From Podarcis muralis (Eukaryota), in contig NC_135657.1 in NCBI RefSeq assembly GCF_964188315.1, positions 78,926,001-78,990,000 of the forward strand: 64,000 bases of DNA, given 5' to 3'. Of the stretch, positions 13,853 to 27,091 are shown piece after piece. The notes below the pieces were generated by a model. The model searched no databases. It was not told the DNA's origin and saw nothing but the letters and a program-made list of their open reading frames with translations. Position 1 is the first letter of the stretch. Each line of letters begins with the position of its first letter. The position numbers and the translations under genes are program-made.

Positions 13853-13922
13853 TATAAGCAGATGCGGGGCTTTATTCACCCACAGATCTATGCTCACAGT
13901 CTCATCTTGGGCATGGTCCACG

Positions 13923-14050
13923 GGCACATGACACCAGCTGGCCTGCTGAAACTAAGCAGGTCTGGGTCTGGCCCAATGCATGGATGGGAGACCATGTGGG
14001 AATGTCCTGTATGCCATCTTCCATAAGAGAAGAAAGGGGGGGGGGATATA
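13923..14050 (+). mobile_element. 5S rRNA-derived short interspersed repeat
   Basis: ACTAAGCAGG (A box, 13951-13960) and TGGATGGGAGACC (C box, 13981-13993) at 5S spacing. Flanks are not 5S. Confidence 0.65.
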
Positions 14051-16049
14051 AAGGTACCAAAATAGATAGATAATGTGATTTATAAAAGTATGCTTAACTG
14101 TTATATTTAGTATGCTCCAGACAAGGGGTTCTGATCTAGTGCAATTATACAATTGTGTTTCTGTTTCACTGGTTTCCCAACTAATAGGTTGTAAAACACT
14201 GTGGAGTGGTGGAAGCCTCTTTTGTGTGTTGTTGAATTCTCATCCATGGCTGCTTGAAGGAAATCATGGATGGGGAATGTCGGGCCTGAGGCAGAAAGAT
14301 TTGTGTATGTGTATGTGTTGTGTTGCATTGCATTGTGTTGCATTGCATGTGTGCATATGTGTGCAAGATCTTCCTAGTACAGGATTTTGGAACTGAACTT
14401 GCTGCTTATGATAGCTTTCTTAAATCTCTCCATAGCTCCTTTTTAACTCCATTTCCAGCTGATTATGGAAAGGCAGTGCCTCAGCAGTGCTAAAATGTTC
14501 TGGTTCAAGCTAGTCCTCCCTACATGACTATAGGAACCTGAGACTATAGGTAAGACAGGATTGGGTATATAGGTTTGATAAGGCAAGACCCTGAGCTGTA
14601 CTTCAGCACTGAGTTCCTCCCATTACTATTTCCTGTCCTTCTGGGAAGGATACCATAGTACTGGACAGGCCCATCTGTATCTCAAGTTGCTGTTAAAGCT
14701 CTAAATATTGTTTTGTGTCCCATTCAATGTGGTTTATTCATGCAACCACAGCCATGGCAAATGTGTCCATGGTCTTGATAGGGCCAGTCCTCTTGCACTA
14801 GGTCTTTCCATCTCTCTCTTTCCCACTCTCTCAGTAGTCTTAATCATACACGCTCTGAACCCTCTAGATGGTTGAGCTGCTTTACAAAAAACAAAATGCC
14901 CTTCCAGAGCCAGTGCCACTCTTTGCTGAGGCCTGTGGAAGAGCAATGAAGCTCTCGTCTGTCAGCCTCAGATATGAATTTAAATTAAATCTCATTGAGC
15001 TGGGCTCTCCCTTTTGATTTATTGGCAGATGCCTCTTGGTGTTGAAGCCTTGTTAAATTTTGAGCAAACGCTTCACTGACCAGCTGTTCCTATTAAGCCA
15101 AAAGTGGGCTGTAGCACAGGGTCAATTTCTCCTCACGTTTGACGATTCCGGCGTGTCATCTTGTGTGGCACTTTTGCAGTTAGGGCATTATCTGCCGAGC
15201 ACCCTGGGAGTGGGCTGGTTAATATGAATAAAGTATAAGCCTCCAGTCCCTTTCCACTTCTTGTGTTTTTGTATGCTACAAATCAACACAAGCTCTAATA
15301 AGCTTCCTGTTGAGAGATGAAGCAGCATCATTTTCTAATTTAAGCATTTCGGTGACTTATTAAATGCTGTTGACTATGAACCAGTCGGTGATTATTCCGA
15401 TGAGTGCAAAAAGAAAAAGAAAAAGAAAACTTTTTTAAAAGTGCTGCTGTGTTGCATGTGTTGGTTAAGAAATCAAGATTTGTTTTTGTGTCTTCAAGTC
15501 TCAGAGCACCGAGGCTGGTATTTAACATTCAGAAGAGGGTGTTTTAGCAAACAAGAGGCTGCTTCAGGCACGGAGTAATGATTCTGGGGCTCATTATACC
15601 AAAGGCAGGGCACTGGATGTTTCTCGACTCCCTTCCTCCAGTGCTTCAAGCTCAGCACAGTGACCTCGCAGGCATACAGTTCAAATGCATCTCTCTGTCA
15701 GGTGAAGCATGCAGATCAGCTGTTGTTCTTTTCACGCCAAGTCAGAGGGAGAAAGTAAACAACTGGCTATGGACACACCTTAGGGACTCCCTTGGCACCT
15801 GAAACATTGATGCATGAGGTGTTTCTATGGTGAAGAACCTATTTCAGGTGTAACCAATATGGTGCCTTCCAGATATTCGTTAGGCCGCAGCTCCCATCAT
15901 TCCTGACCATGAACCACGCTGCTCTAGGGTTGATGGGAGTTGGAGTTCAATGTCTTCTGCAAAGCACCACCACATTGACTAGGCCTACTCTATTTAATTC
16001 GGTGCTGGATGTTTTTGCTACATTGGGCTAAAGTGGCTGCTCTTAGGGA

Positions 16050-16205
16050 CAGAAGAACGACCCTGTTGGGTCAGACCCAAGGTCCATCTAGTCCAGCATA
16101 CCATATCCTACAGTGGTCAACTAGATGTCTATGAGAAGCATGCAAGTGGAGCATGAGTGCAACAGCACACCACTCTTATGCTCTTGTTCCCCTGCCGCTG
16201 GCATT
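16050..16205 (-). mobile_element. CR1 3'UTR fragment
   Basis: GGTCAGACCCAAGGTCCATCTAGTCCAGCA...CAGTGGTCAACTAGATG. Confidence 0.55.
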
Positions 16206-17238
16206 CACCTGCTAAGTGGCAACTTATAGTTTAGGAACCACTTCTGCCCAATGTAAATGCAACAGGCAGCACTTTTTTAAAAAAAAATATGATGTTGCAC
16301 GTCACAGGCAGCCAATAAGTGCCACTGCTGCCACGAAAGAGGACACACACACCCAAGAGAGGGAGAGAGGTGGTAAGGCAGCAATGCAAACATTTGCCCA
16401 CTGTGGCAAAATTTGTAGCACCTGCACTGAGCCATTACTATAACATGTGAATCAAATGCCACAAGCAATGCTTTTCATGTCACCTGACAAGTATGGCATT
16501 ATGAAAGATCCATTTCAAGTCACCAAGGAACTGAGCATGTGCAAAGGTCTTATAGTGCTGACTGGGATGAAGCCATTTTCCTTGCTCATTGAAAGAAGAT
16601 TGGGGGCGTGTGTGTGTGAGGAGGAAGGTGTGGGCTCAGGCATGGACCTTATCTCCGATATAGAAGCATGTCCTTAAAAAAACAGCAGAAAATCCAGACA
16701 CCAATAAATTATTTAATATTTATAGGCAAAAGATTTAAGAGCGTGAGCTGAAAGCTTAATGCGTGGTGGTGAAGACATCACACTTTATTCCCAGCCCTGT
16801 CACTTCCACTTAGGCTTTCCCTGTTCCCAACATAGACCTTGTCGAACTGAGCTCATCAGCATCTTTTTAATTCCATAAGAGTTGCAAATTGGCTTTAAAA
16901 ACCCCAAAGATCTGATCTTGCAGTTTCCTTTTCTTCCCTTTCAGCTTCAGATGATCTGAAGGCCTTCATCTAGCCAAACAGCTATGATATTAAAAAGGCT
17001 TAAGAAATTCAGGTTATTCTAATCTTTCCCTCTCTACTGCCCCCCACCCAAGAATGAGTCGTCCAATGCTCTTAGGGATTTGCCCTCAATATTTGAACTT
17101 GGAATTCTGGGTCAGATTCTCCACACAGAGTGAGAGGGAGGGAGGGAGGGAAGATATGAAAGAAATGTCAGTTTCCTGCTTCTAAGTTGTCTTGAGCCTT
17201 TTCAGACCCAGGACCCACTTTTAACCAAAACATGCATT

Positions 17239-17628
17239 TCCCAGTACATTTCCGAGCACAATTCAAAGTGTTGGTGCTGACCTTTAAAGCCCTAAACAGC
17301 CTCGGTCCTGTATACCTGAAGGAGCGTCTCCACCCCCATCATTCAGCCCGGACCCTGAGATCCAGCGCCGAGGGCCTTGTGGCAGTTCCCTTATTGCGAG
17401 AAGTGAGGTTACAGGGAACCAGACAGAGGGCCTTTTCAGTAGTGGCGCCCACCCTGTGGAACACCCTCCCTTCAGATGTGAAGGAAATAAGCAGCTATCC
17501 TATCTTTAAAAGACATCTGAAGGCAGCCCTGTTCAGGGAAGTTTTTCATATTTAACACTGTACTGTTTTTAACACTTGATTGGGAGCCGCCCAGAGTGGC
17601 TGGGGAAACTCAGCCAGAAGGGCGGGGT

Positions 17629-17685
<57 letters not shown>

Positions 17686-17690
17686 TACTA
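17239..17690 (+). mobile_element. L2-type LINE 3' fragment with (AAT)n tail (young family)
   Basis: ORF 17232: FKVLVLTFKALNSLGPVYLKERL...RAFSVVAPTLWNTLP. Confidence 0.9.
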
Positions 17691-18624
17691 TTATTAAGTG
17701 ACCCATTTCTCAATATCTTACCATATATCTGCATGGTGGTAGTGACCCACCTTGGATCAGGCCACAATCCACAAGTGGGTCCTGGTCTGCCATTTGAAGG
17801 CCAGTGGTCTGAAGCATGCTTTTGAAATGTGGGAGATATCTTTACTCATCTGCATTCCACAGAATTCACTGCTGATGACAAGAGGCGAGTAGTTATTATC
17901 TGAAGAGGCCCGTTTGCCTGCAAGCAAAGAAAAGGGATTTGTGGGTCAAGGTTGTTGAGAATTCTTCTTTGGGTTTATTTCAGTGTATAGCAAGATTGTA
18001 TCTGATGAAGGGGGCTCTAGGCTTTATGCTATAATAAATCCATTCCTACAGATGCCCCAAGACTCTTTGTTGTTGTTTTTCCTCATGGTCGGGGCTGGAC
18101 TTTTCCCATGTGATCCTGCTGGTCCCACAGGGTCTCTGCAGTCCTATGTTGTGTCAGAGGAGCATAGGATGGGACCACATGGAAGCTACAAATGTTCAAT
18201 CCTGAATGTCAGAATCAACCATTAATTCAGCAGGCAAATACAAAGTAGTATGGCAAGAGGTGGGGAGCCTCAGGCCCTTCCCTCTAGTCCCTACGTTACA
18301 CCATCTCCTCAGGACATACCCTCCAGGAGCCCTTCTCTATGTGCTCCTTGTGAGATATTTTGCCTGGCTGGAATGGTCCTTGACCTGTGAGAATGCTTAG
18401 TGGATGGAGAGGTATGTTTGCAGAAGTGTCTTTTTGCTTGGCTGGAATGCAGCACATTCCACAAACGTTGCTCTTCCACCCCTGCCCACTACAGACACGA
18501 GGCCTGCGGAATTTCTCACCCTTGTAGTGGGACCTCTTCTTCCACCATCATCGCCAGCTATCAGGGAAGGAGGGAAATACCAGCAGATCCTGGGTTCACA
18601 TTAAGGCCTCTACTCCAACAAGAT

Positions 18625-19045
18625 ACCATAATGGAAACCAAGCCTTATGAGGAAAGGTTGTAGGAGCTGGGTATGTTAAGCCTGGGAAAGAGGAGACTGA
18701 GAGGAGATATGATGGCCATCTTCAAATATCTGAAGGGCTGTCACATGGAAGATGGAGCAAACTTGTTTTCTCCTGCTCTGGAGAGTAGGACTTGAACCAA
18801 TGGCTTCAAGTTATAAGAAAGGAGATTCTGACTAAACACCAGGAAGAACTTTTTGACAGTAAGAGCTATTTGACAGTGGAACGGTCTCCCTTGGGAGGTT
18901 GTGGACTGTCCTTCCTTGGAGGTTTTTAAGGAGAGGTTGGATGGCCACCTGTGGTGGATGTTTTAGTTGAGATTCCTGCATTGCAGGACTAGAAGACCCT
19001 TGGGGTCCTTTCCAACCCTACAATTCTATGATTCTGTATTCTGTT
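18625..19045 (+). mobile_element. CR1 LINE 3' fragment
   Basis: KPYEERL.ELGM.SL.KRRLRGDM.AIFKYLKG...; ends CAATTCTATGATTCT. Confidence 0.9.
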
Positions 19046-19702
19046 ATTCCAATGCAAATTAACTCTGGCCTCAGTGCATTTTAATTATCTTTTGCACTCA
19101 AAACAAGGTTGCTTAAAGACTGGGGGAAAGGAGGGCAAATTATTTAACCTCTTTCAACCATGCTAAACTTATCAGATCAAATTCTGAGCAGCCACCCCTG
19201 GAATTCTGATTCCAGGGGTGGCAACAGTTCCCTGCCTGCCTCCATATCTGCGCGTTGCTGAAATTGCTGTAGCATATATATAACGAGGTGTTTGAGAAGC
19301 TGCCAGTAAATGGTTTTAATCCTCTTGTAAAACCTATGCAAAAGCACTGGCAGAAAGCACGGAATCTGGAGCAGGGCTGGACCCAGACAATTTGCTCCCT
19401 GAGGTGGCAAAGCAGCAAATGATCTTGTGCCTCTATCAAAGCCAAGATGCTTCGTTCAGAAGGCTGGCCAAGTTCTTTTGGCATCTGAGGCAGAAAAAAA
19501 AATCCCACAAACACCTCTCCCCTTCCCTAGCATTTAAAATACAGCAATAATGAAATGCCTAACAATTAGCTCCTGCTCATGACACCCCAAAACATAGGAG
19601 GTTAAACCTACCTATGTCTAATTTCTCTGAAGGTGAATTTAATTTAATTTAATTATAACACCTGACTGCAGGTAGTCCTTCAGCTACCACACAGTTCTAA
19701 GT

Positions 19703-20286
19703 TTGCTGGGGTGAGCCAGCTTATTCAGGCAAGACCAGAAGACAACAGAAATAGATTATCTAAAGAGTTTATTAGAAATAGAATGCTTAAACGTTAGAGT
19801 CAACAGAGCAAAGCTGACACATGCTTGCAACCAGTAAAGTAGTAAAACAATGAGTCAGCAAGACACCCCTAGGTAGGTATGAAGGTAAGCTCATAGCAGG
19901 TAGCTGTGAAATTGAAGACGAGGCTTGGGTTCTGCTCCTGGTTCTCTTCTCTCCCCAGTCCTAGACTTTGACCTAGGCTGGATCTAGACATGTCAAAGAA
20001 GCGATTCAGTTAAACGTGTTGTAAACTCATACAGGGAGATCCTGTAGGGAAAGAAGGGACTCCACAGCGCCATCTGGTGTCATAGTGTTATATTGCATAT
20101 ACAATGCTTTTTCTTTACCAATCTAGCTGAGTCCCAATGGCATTAAACTCCATTGTCTCCCCTCCTTGGGGGAGAAACCTATTGTTTAATTTTTGCAGAG
20201 GTCCTTAGAACTGTTTCTCATCGCTCCCTTCCTGATGCATTAATTCATCTCCTGTTTCCCCCCTCCAATAGGTACAACTGACCACA
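19703..20286 (-). mobile_element. LTR-like repeat
   Basis: TG...CA ends and minus-strand AATAAA (plus TTTATT 19768). Boundaries uncertain. Confidence 0.3.
20065..20079 (-). promoter_or_regulatory. CTCF-type motif
   Basis: Minus strand CACCAGATGGCGCTG. Confidence 0.5.
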
Positions 20287-21857
20287 ATTTCTTATGCACA
20301 CCCCTGTGTGCTAACATTCCTCTTTGCCTGGCACTTTGTTTCCCATTTGTGCTGGCTATCTCTGCTCTTTATTCTGTTTTCCTGATAGTTGCATCCAAAT
20401 GTGCTAGAATGTACTTGCAGCTAGAATTAATGCCAGCTATTAATGCTTTTATTTTCGCTTTAGGCAGGGCTTTCTTTCAGCCAGAACTCACCGGAACTCA
20501 GTTCCTGCACCTCTCATTGCCATTATAAGAGAACAACCGAGGTGTTCATGGTGAGTTCTGTCTCACTCTACCTAATGCTAGGGCCAGTCCTGATCAACCT
20601 TGCCCATAAGATGAGAAATTTATACATTGCTGCCTATCAAATATTTGGAAGGCAGAGGTGAGCATGGGTGATTCAAGCACAGAGCTGTTAGTTTGACCCC
20701 AGCCTGACCCCTGTGGGATCTAAGCTTTTTACTTACGCACATCTACCACCCACATCTGTGGTTCACTCTTGAGGCTGAATATAAATTACAGTGTTACTGC
20801 TGCTTCTTCCCATGTCTTGAACTTCCCCTGGTATCAACCTCAGGAGACCAGATATATGAAATGGATCTAATCTGTGATGGGCAGTTCGGGGTGTGGGTGT
20901 GTCAGGAAAGCCCTGCTTAATATGCTGTTTGTAAGCTGAAATGGCTTGGCTAAGCAATGTATTGCACATGGAAGTCACCAGAGTTTCTTCTTTTTCATGC
21001 TTCTTAGCAGGCTGTATTTCAGTAGCTCAGCCAGAAGGCTACATAGGGAGGTGGCTCCAAGGTGCTAAATGCAATTATAAATTTGAGATATCAAAACACG
21101 GAAGTTTTTGATCACATGTTAATGATCTCCTTGATCAAATGCTTTTCATCATGCAATTTTCATCTCAAGGAAGTGTGTGTGTGTGTGTGTGGGGGTGTTC
21201 CACACTATTAGTTCACCTCTAGAAAGGTTTGGAAAAGCGGGGAGGGAATTAACAGAGGATGTAGCTCAGTCCACCAACAGCTACGCACATGCAGAAGCCA
21301 GAAACTATTTGTGCTAAACAGTGTGGTGTTTGTAGGTGAAGGAACCCTAGGGACCAACCTGCTGCAGCCTAGGTTTCCTACCTCCAGGGATGAAGGATCA
21401 GGATCCTATTCCACAGGGGCTGCTGGCAAGGATTTTGATAGAAAACAGAGGGAGTTGGATGCAGCTGCAGAGAATGCCTTTGAAAATGGCTCAGAGCCTT
21501 CTATAAAAGCAGCTCTGAAGGAAGGGAGGGGAGATAAAAGTAGACAGGGAAGCAAGTCTTATGGTGATGTCAAAAGGACCTGCTTCTTTCCCATTGCCAC
21601 CCTCTTCCTTATATAAATGGTCCTAGTCACAGAAAATGCTTGGCTCAATGGCTTTTATAAGGCATTAGGTGATACAGCACACTCTAAATACACCAGTCCA
21701 CTGGTAAGCTCTCCTGCAAAGAGTAAGTGCCCTCCATGTTTTACTTGTTCAGTCAAGGAATTTTCTTTCCTGGCAGCTCTGACGAAACATTTTTTTTTTC
21801 TGGGGCAGGAAAGCCCTCTTGCAATTCCTTCCATGGCCATCCCACATTCCTAGGCAA

Positions 21858-22079
21858 GCAAACCAGTGTGGTGTAGTGGTTAAGAGCGGTGGACTCGTAA
21901 TCTGGTGAACTGGGTTTGCGACTCCGCTTCTCCACGTGCAGCTGCTGGGTGACCTTGGGCCAGTCACACTTCTCTGAAGTTTCTCAGCCCCACTCACCTC
22001 AGAGAGTGTTTGTTGTGGGGGAGGAAGGGAAAGGAGAATGTTAGCCACTTTGAGACTCCTTAGGGTAGTGATAAAGTGG
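21858..22079 (+). mobile_element. tRNA-derived SINE (Squam3-type); tail lost in assembly gap
   Basis: A-box GTGTAGTGGTTAAG, B-box-like GGGTTTGCGACTCC. Body matches the reverse complement of 43058-43318. Confidence 0.85.
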
Positions 22080-22230
22080 NNNNNNNNNNNNNNNNNNNNN
22101 NNNNNNNNNNNNNNNNNNNNNNNNNNNNNNNNNNNNNNNNNNNNNNNNNNNNNNNNNNNNNNNNNNNNNNNNNNNNNNNNNNNNNNNNNNNNNNNNNNNN
22201 NNNNNNNNNNNNNNNNNNNNNNNNNNNNNN
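22080..22230. other. Assembly gap (151 N)
   Basis: N run starting at the SINE tail. Confidence 1.
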
Positions 22231-24711
22231 TGTGAGGTCTGCTTCCTTGTCTACACTTGCTCCATTCAGGGACTTGGGGTGACTCTTTCTTCATCTGAAT
22301 TGTTTTGTGTCCTAGCCAAATCCAGTCCACAGCCCTACTGAGTACCTGCAGAGGGTGCCATAATGGAAATGTTATCCAAATGTATCAAGTGCACAAGGCT
22401 TCAGTGGACCAAGGAAAGAGCTGACAAGCAGTCAGAACTTTGCAGTCCTACTGGGATTCCCCCCCCCTTCCTGGTCAGTTTTCAGAATAGGCGGAGCCAG
22501 GAAAAAAATTGTTTGCTCACTGTTTCAGTTGTTTTCCTTTTCTCTATAAAATGTGGCTTTCTCTGTGTGTGTTAAAAAAATGATACTCTTCTGACTGTGC
22601 TTGGAGGTATTTTCCTTGTTTTCTTTAAACACATTTTTTTTCCTGGTTGGTGAAAAGGCACTCTGCACATGCTCAGTGGCAGCCTGTGACTCCGGAAGGA
22701 TGGAAACAAGCAGGCAGAAATCCTTCAAAGCAACTTGCCTGGGGGCCTAATTAAATGAGCTAAAGGTGTGTCTTTGTGTGTGTATCATTAACCCTGTGCC
22801 CAGGTGTAGGTGTCATAGCATATGTTTAGTGGAACGCTTGGCAAAAGGAAGAGAAAAAAAGCTTTGTAAAGCAGCAGCCCAGGAAGCCACCTCTGAGCAT
22901 TGCTAAGCTGCCAGCCTGCCTTGCTCATTCGATAAAATACACAAACATCTGCCTGCTTGTTGTGAGGCAAGGACACAGCAGTGATCTTCGCCAGCATACT
23001 CACCTCCAATGGTCTTCCAATGTAATTACCCTTCAAGGCTTACTAAAACGACAGTAGCCACAGGATGTGTTATTTACAAATGTGTCACTGTCATAAATCT
23101 GCTGCTCTGGACTCGACACATTGGATTCTTCCCCCAGACCCTGTCAGCTACCCACCCATATGGAAAATCCAGAAGCTCATCAGGCACACATGTTTTGTTC
23201 TGTAAGTGCCGAGCTGCATGAAAGGCTATGAATGAATATAAATGAATATACTAAATGTGAGTAACACATTTCGGGAGTGGGGGGGGGGGAGTGAAGAGGG
23301 ATAATAGCCAAGCCTAAGAGCTGATTTGAAAGAAGAGTCACAAATGCGCACCATGTTGAAATGACTCCCCTGCCAGAGAGAAAGTGGGAGTAGGAAGCTG
23401 CAACAGGAATTTGGTTTTAAAAATATTTCCACCCATTTAAACGTTGCTTTTTGAGCATTTTGATGGGTGCTAAGCCCCCCCCCCCAGCGATATAGTTGAG
23501 TTTATCACAGCCTCATGGCCCATTGATCTTTGCCATTCAATAGGCATAGCCTAAATATCTTCAAAGGATGGTATAAAATAGGCTGAGTCTTTGGAAGGCA
23601 GAGATTTTTTTAAAAAGGCTTCGGGCTAAAAAATATATTAAAGGAAGCATGGACAAAGTCAAATAGAGGTTTAATTTTGTTTCTCTATCAGACCCTGCCT
23701 CCCCCACCCCACCCCACCCCACGCCATTTCACACTGTGAGTGTGAAAGAAAAAGGATTTCTCTGAACTTTGAGTCCTTACATGGAGAGGTGAGTCTAATT
23801 AAACTCTCAGGCTGTGCCTGTATTGGTAGAGAGGCAGGAATCCAGCCATAAAGGTCACCCATGGGTCCGTTTTTTTTTATTCTTTTGACATTCTGTAGAA
23901 TTTTTTTAAATATAGTTTATGCACTTTTGCTTAGATTTATCTATTTGATAATTTAGTTCTGTACAAACATTAGCACTGGATCCTTATACTGACCTCATTC
24001 CTGTCTCCAAAATAACCAGTAGATTAAAAAGTAGTAGCCATTGTTGTCTCATGCTGCTTTCAAAAGATGCTTGGCTCCACTTCTCATGACCCTCCCGGGC
24101 CAAGGAGGAGTTTCTTGTTCTGATGGTGAGCTGCTGCTAAGGTGAATGAAGTCACTTATATATGGGGCAACAGTTTGCAATGCTTTGGGACACCTGAAGC
24201 GGCATGCTAAAACCTAATGCACACCGTCACTCGTCCTGCAAGGACCTTTGCTAGTGGTGAGAACCAGTGTGGTGGAACCAGAAAGACCCAGGTTCAAATT
24301 CCCACTTAGCCATAAATCTGGCTAAGATTTTGGCTTCTCTCAAGTTTCTCACTTTTCCAATCTTAAACTCAGATCTTCTATATCAGAAAGTGATTTTTAA
24401 TTAATCCTCATGAAGATTCATTAGCACTTTGAAGCAAATTTCTTCCAAGGTACATGTTTGTATGCCATTTTGCCTAATACTCATTTTTACAAAGCACTCT
24501 GTCCTAAAATAATGCATTTTTGTATGTTATTTTCATGCAAATATGCATTTTTATGCACACATTTTACCAAAGGCACTTGCATATTTGTACACATGACTTT
24601 GCTGAAGAGCACCACCACAAAATTCAGAGAAGTGCAAATTCTGAAGGATAGCTTTGTTTTGATTCACCTGTTGTTTCAGAAAGTGCAAATTAGGCAGGCT
24701 TGCCTTTAAAT

Positions 24712-25082
24712 ACAGGACCGGCCTCGGTCCTGTATACCTGAAGGAGCGTCTCCACCCGCATCGTTCAGCCCGGACACTGAGATCCAGCGCCGAGGGCCTT
24801 CTGGCGGTTCCCTCATTGCAAGAAGTAAGGTTACAGGGAACCAGGCAGAGGGCCTTCTCGGTAGTGGCGCCCGCCCTATGGAACGCCCTCCCAGCAGATG
24901 TCAAGGCAATAGACAACTATTTTACTTTTAAAAGACAACTGAAGGCAGCCCTCTTTAGGGAAGTTTTTAATGTCTAATGCGGTATTGTTTTTAATATTCA
25001 GTTGGAAGCCGCCCAGAGTGGCTGGGGAAACCCAGCCAGATGGGCGGGGTATAAATAATAAATTATTATTATTATTATAAAT
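24712..25082 (+). mobile_element. L2-type LINE 3' fragment, same family
   Basis: High identity to 17298-17630. Short TAAAT duplication at 24707-24711 and 25078-25082. Confidence 0.9.
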
Positions 25083-25779
25083 GCAAACTGAAATGACTTT
25101 CTCTGCCATCCCTGGCCATGAGGCTCACTGTATGACCTTGGGCTAGTCCCTCTTCCTGAGCCCAACAGTCTAATGTCTATCTTAGGGCTGTTGTAAGGTT
25201 AATAGTAAGCAGGGGGGAAGGAACTGTGTGTGCTGCCTGGAGGAAGGTAAGGCTACAAAAACGAATAAATAGTATTGGCTTGCTCTCAGCACAAATGAGT
25301 AATTCCCATAATACCACTGGGGTGGAGCGGGGGGAAAGCGCTTCATCTCAGGCACTGCCTGATAAGTGAATCTGGTGAAATTTCCTCTGCTCCTCGTTTG
25401 AAGGCACAGGAGCTCTTTTCCTTCATCCAGATACTCTTTAGGTGAGATGGAGAAGCATGCCTGGAGACTATCTAGGAAGAACAACCATCCCCCTTGGAGG
25501 CATTGGATGGATGCTGTTGCCTGAAGACAGAATTAGTTCATCAGACTCCAGCTCCTCAAGCCGAGCAAGGAGGCAGATAGTATATGCTTGCATGATACTG
25601 CAGAAAATGAACAGCCCTAATTAAAATGATAGCAGTGTTTTTCTAGACTGCTTAACTTCTGTCAACTTAATTTGTCCTTTAATTTATGCTGCCTTGTCAT
25701 GGACTTGGTACATTTCTTGCAGTGGGTGAGAGAGGCAGTATTTAATATTCTTGCACACCAGCCCAATCTGTGAGTGGTA

Positions 25780-27014
25780 TGAGATCCCAGCAGTTCCAGA
25801 CACTTGTCCAGGGTTTGGTTTCCTTGGAATGAGGAACAGCAGAGACTGTGGTGTCTTTATGATATATGGTTTATTTACACACACATATATATATAACTCA
25901 AGGGGCTCACAGCATTAACACCACTGAAGGTCTTGCATCAAACAGAAATCAAGCCTGGCTCTCACCCTTTGGCTTTTGCCAGCAGCCTGCTTCTTTCTCA
26001 CTGCCAGCTGGGGTGGTCCGGTCTACTTTTGTCATTAAATGAAGTGCATAGGGGAAGGGACCAAAACAACTCTCTACTCCCCACCACCACCACCTAAAGC
26101 TCTACTGCTTTAATCCCCCCCCCCCCCTAATCAGCCTGGCTCTTCTCTCAAAAATGAGCTAAGTAGGGACTCTTCAAGCAGTAGAGGGTGGCTAATTTCA
26201 TTCCCATCCCTCTGCACTCTGTTTTAGGGATAAAAGTAGACACACAGCTCCTGTTTTATAGCCAACCAGTGAGTGTGTGTTTAGCAAGCAGCTACATGTC
26301 TATTTTAGCCCTTGGAAGACCCTGCCAAAATGACCCTTCCTAAAAAGGAAGACTACTAAAAAGGTAGCTATATATTGCAGACAAAGTTTGGTGCCCCTGC
26401 CAGGGCGAGCTACCTTTTCTGCATCATTCCAGAATGGTTTTGATAGGTTCATTCATTGTATCTGTCCTTCCTTTTCAGAAAACTGTCTTATAAGGGGGAT
26501 TATTGGGTTGTGAAGAAAGCAAGAAACAGCAGCAAATATACTTCTAAAAAAGAAAGTGTGTGGAGATGATCTAGGGAAAGATGTCTGCTTTCCTAGAATG
26601 AAGGGATAGAGGTGGCAGAGAACTACCTTTGCCACTCAACAAAATATCCAGGGACCAGTTCCCTGCTTCTGCCACCCCCACGAGATGCCTGTAGAGCCTA
26701 AACACAGATAATAGGATAATAGATAGCCAGATAATTCCCGGGCCTATGCTATTCAATGGAAACATTATGTCCAAACTGAATGAATTACGTATTGCATTTC
26801 CCCACTCAGAACTGAGATGGCCCAAGGGCAGCATGACCTGGATTTGCTCTTCTTAGGGGGAGAAAACAATGAAGACTAGTTGCATTTTGTGTAAAGAAAA
26901 TTATTGACAACTGTACAGATGCTGCTACAAGGAGAGGGAGCAGCTCTGCTCCCCTGCAACAACCTCCCCCTGAAAGAAAGCTATCCTGCACCCAAAATGC
27001 CTTCACTAACTCCC

Positions 27015-27091
<77 letters not shown>

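Noticed and set aside
13946-14003. 5S rRNA gene
   Set aside because: Only the promoter-box region resembles 5S.
21311-21616. 101-aa ORF with a protein-like look
   Set aside because: GTG start and no donor. The opposite strand reads AFSAAAS.NSL, resembling a decayed L2 end.
21749-22330. ORFs spanning the N run
   Set aside because: Artefacts of the assembly gap and the SINE.
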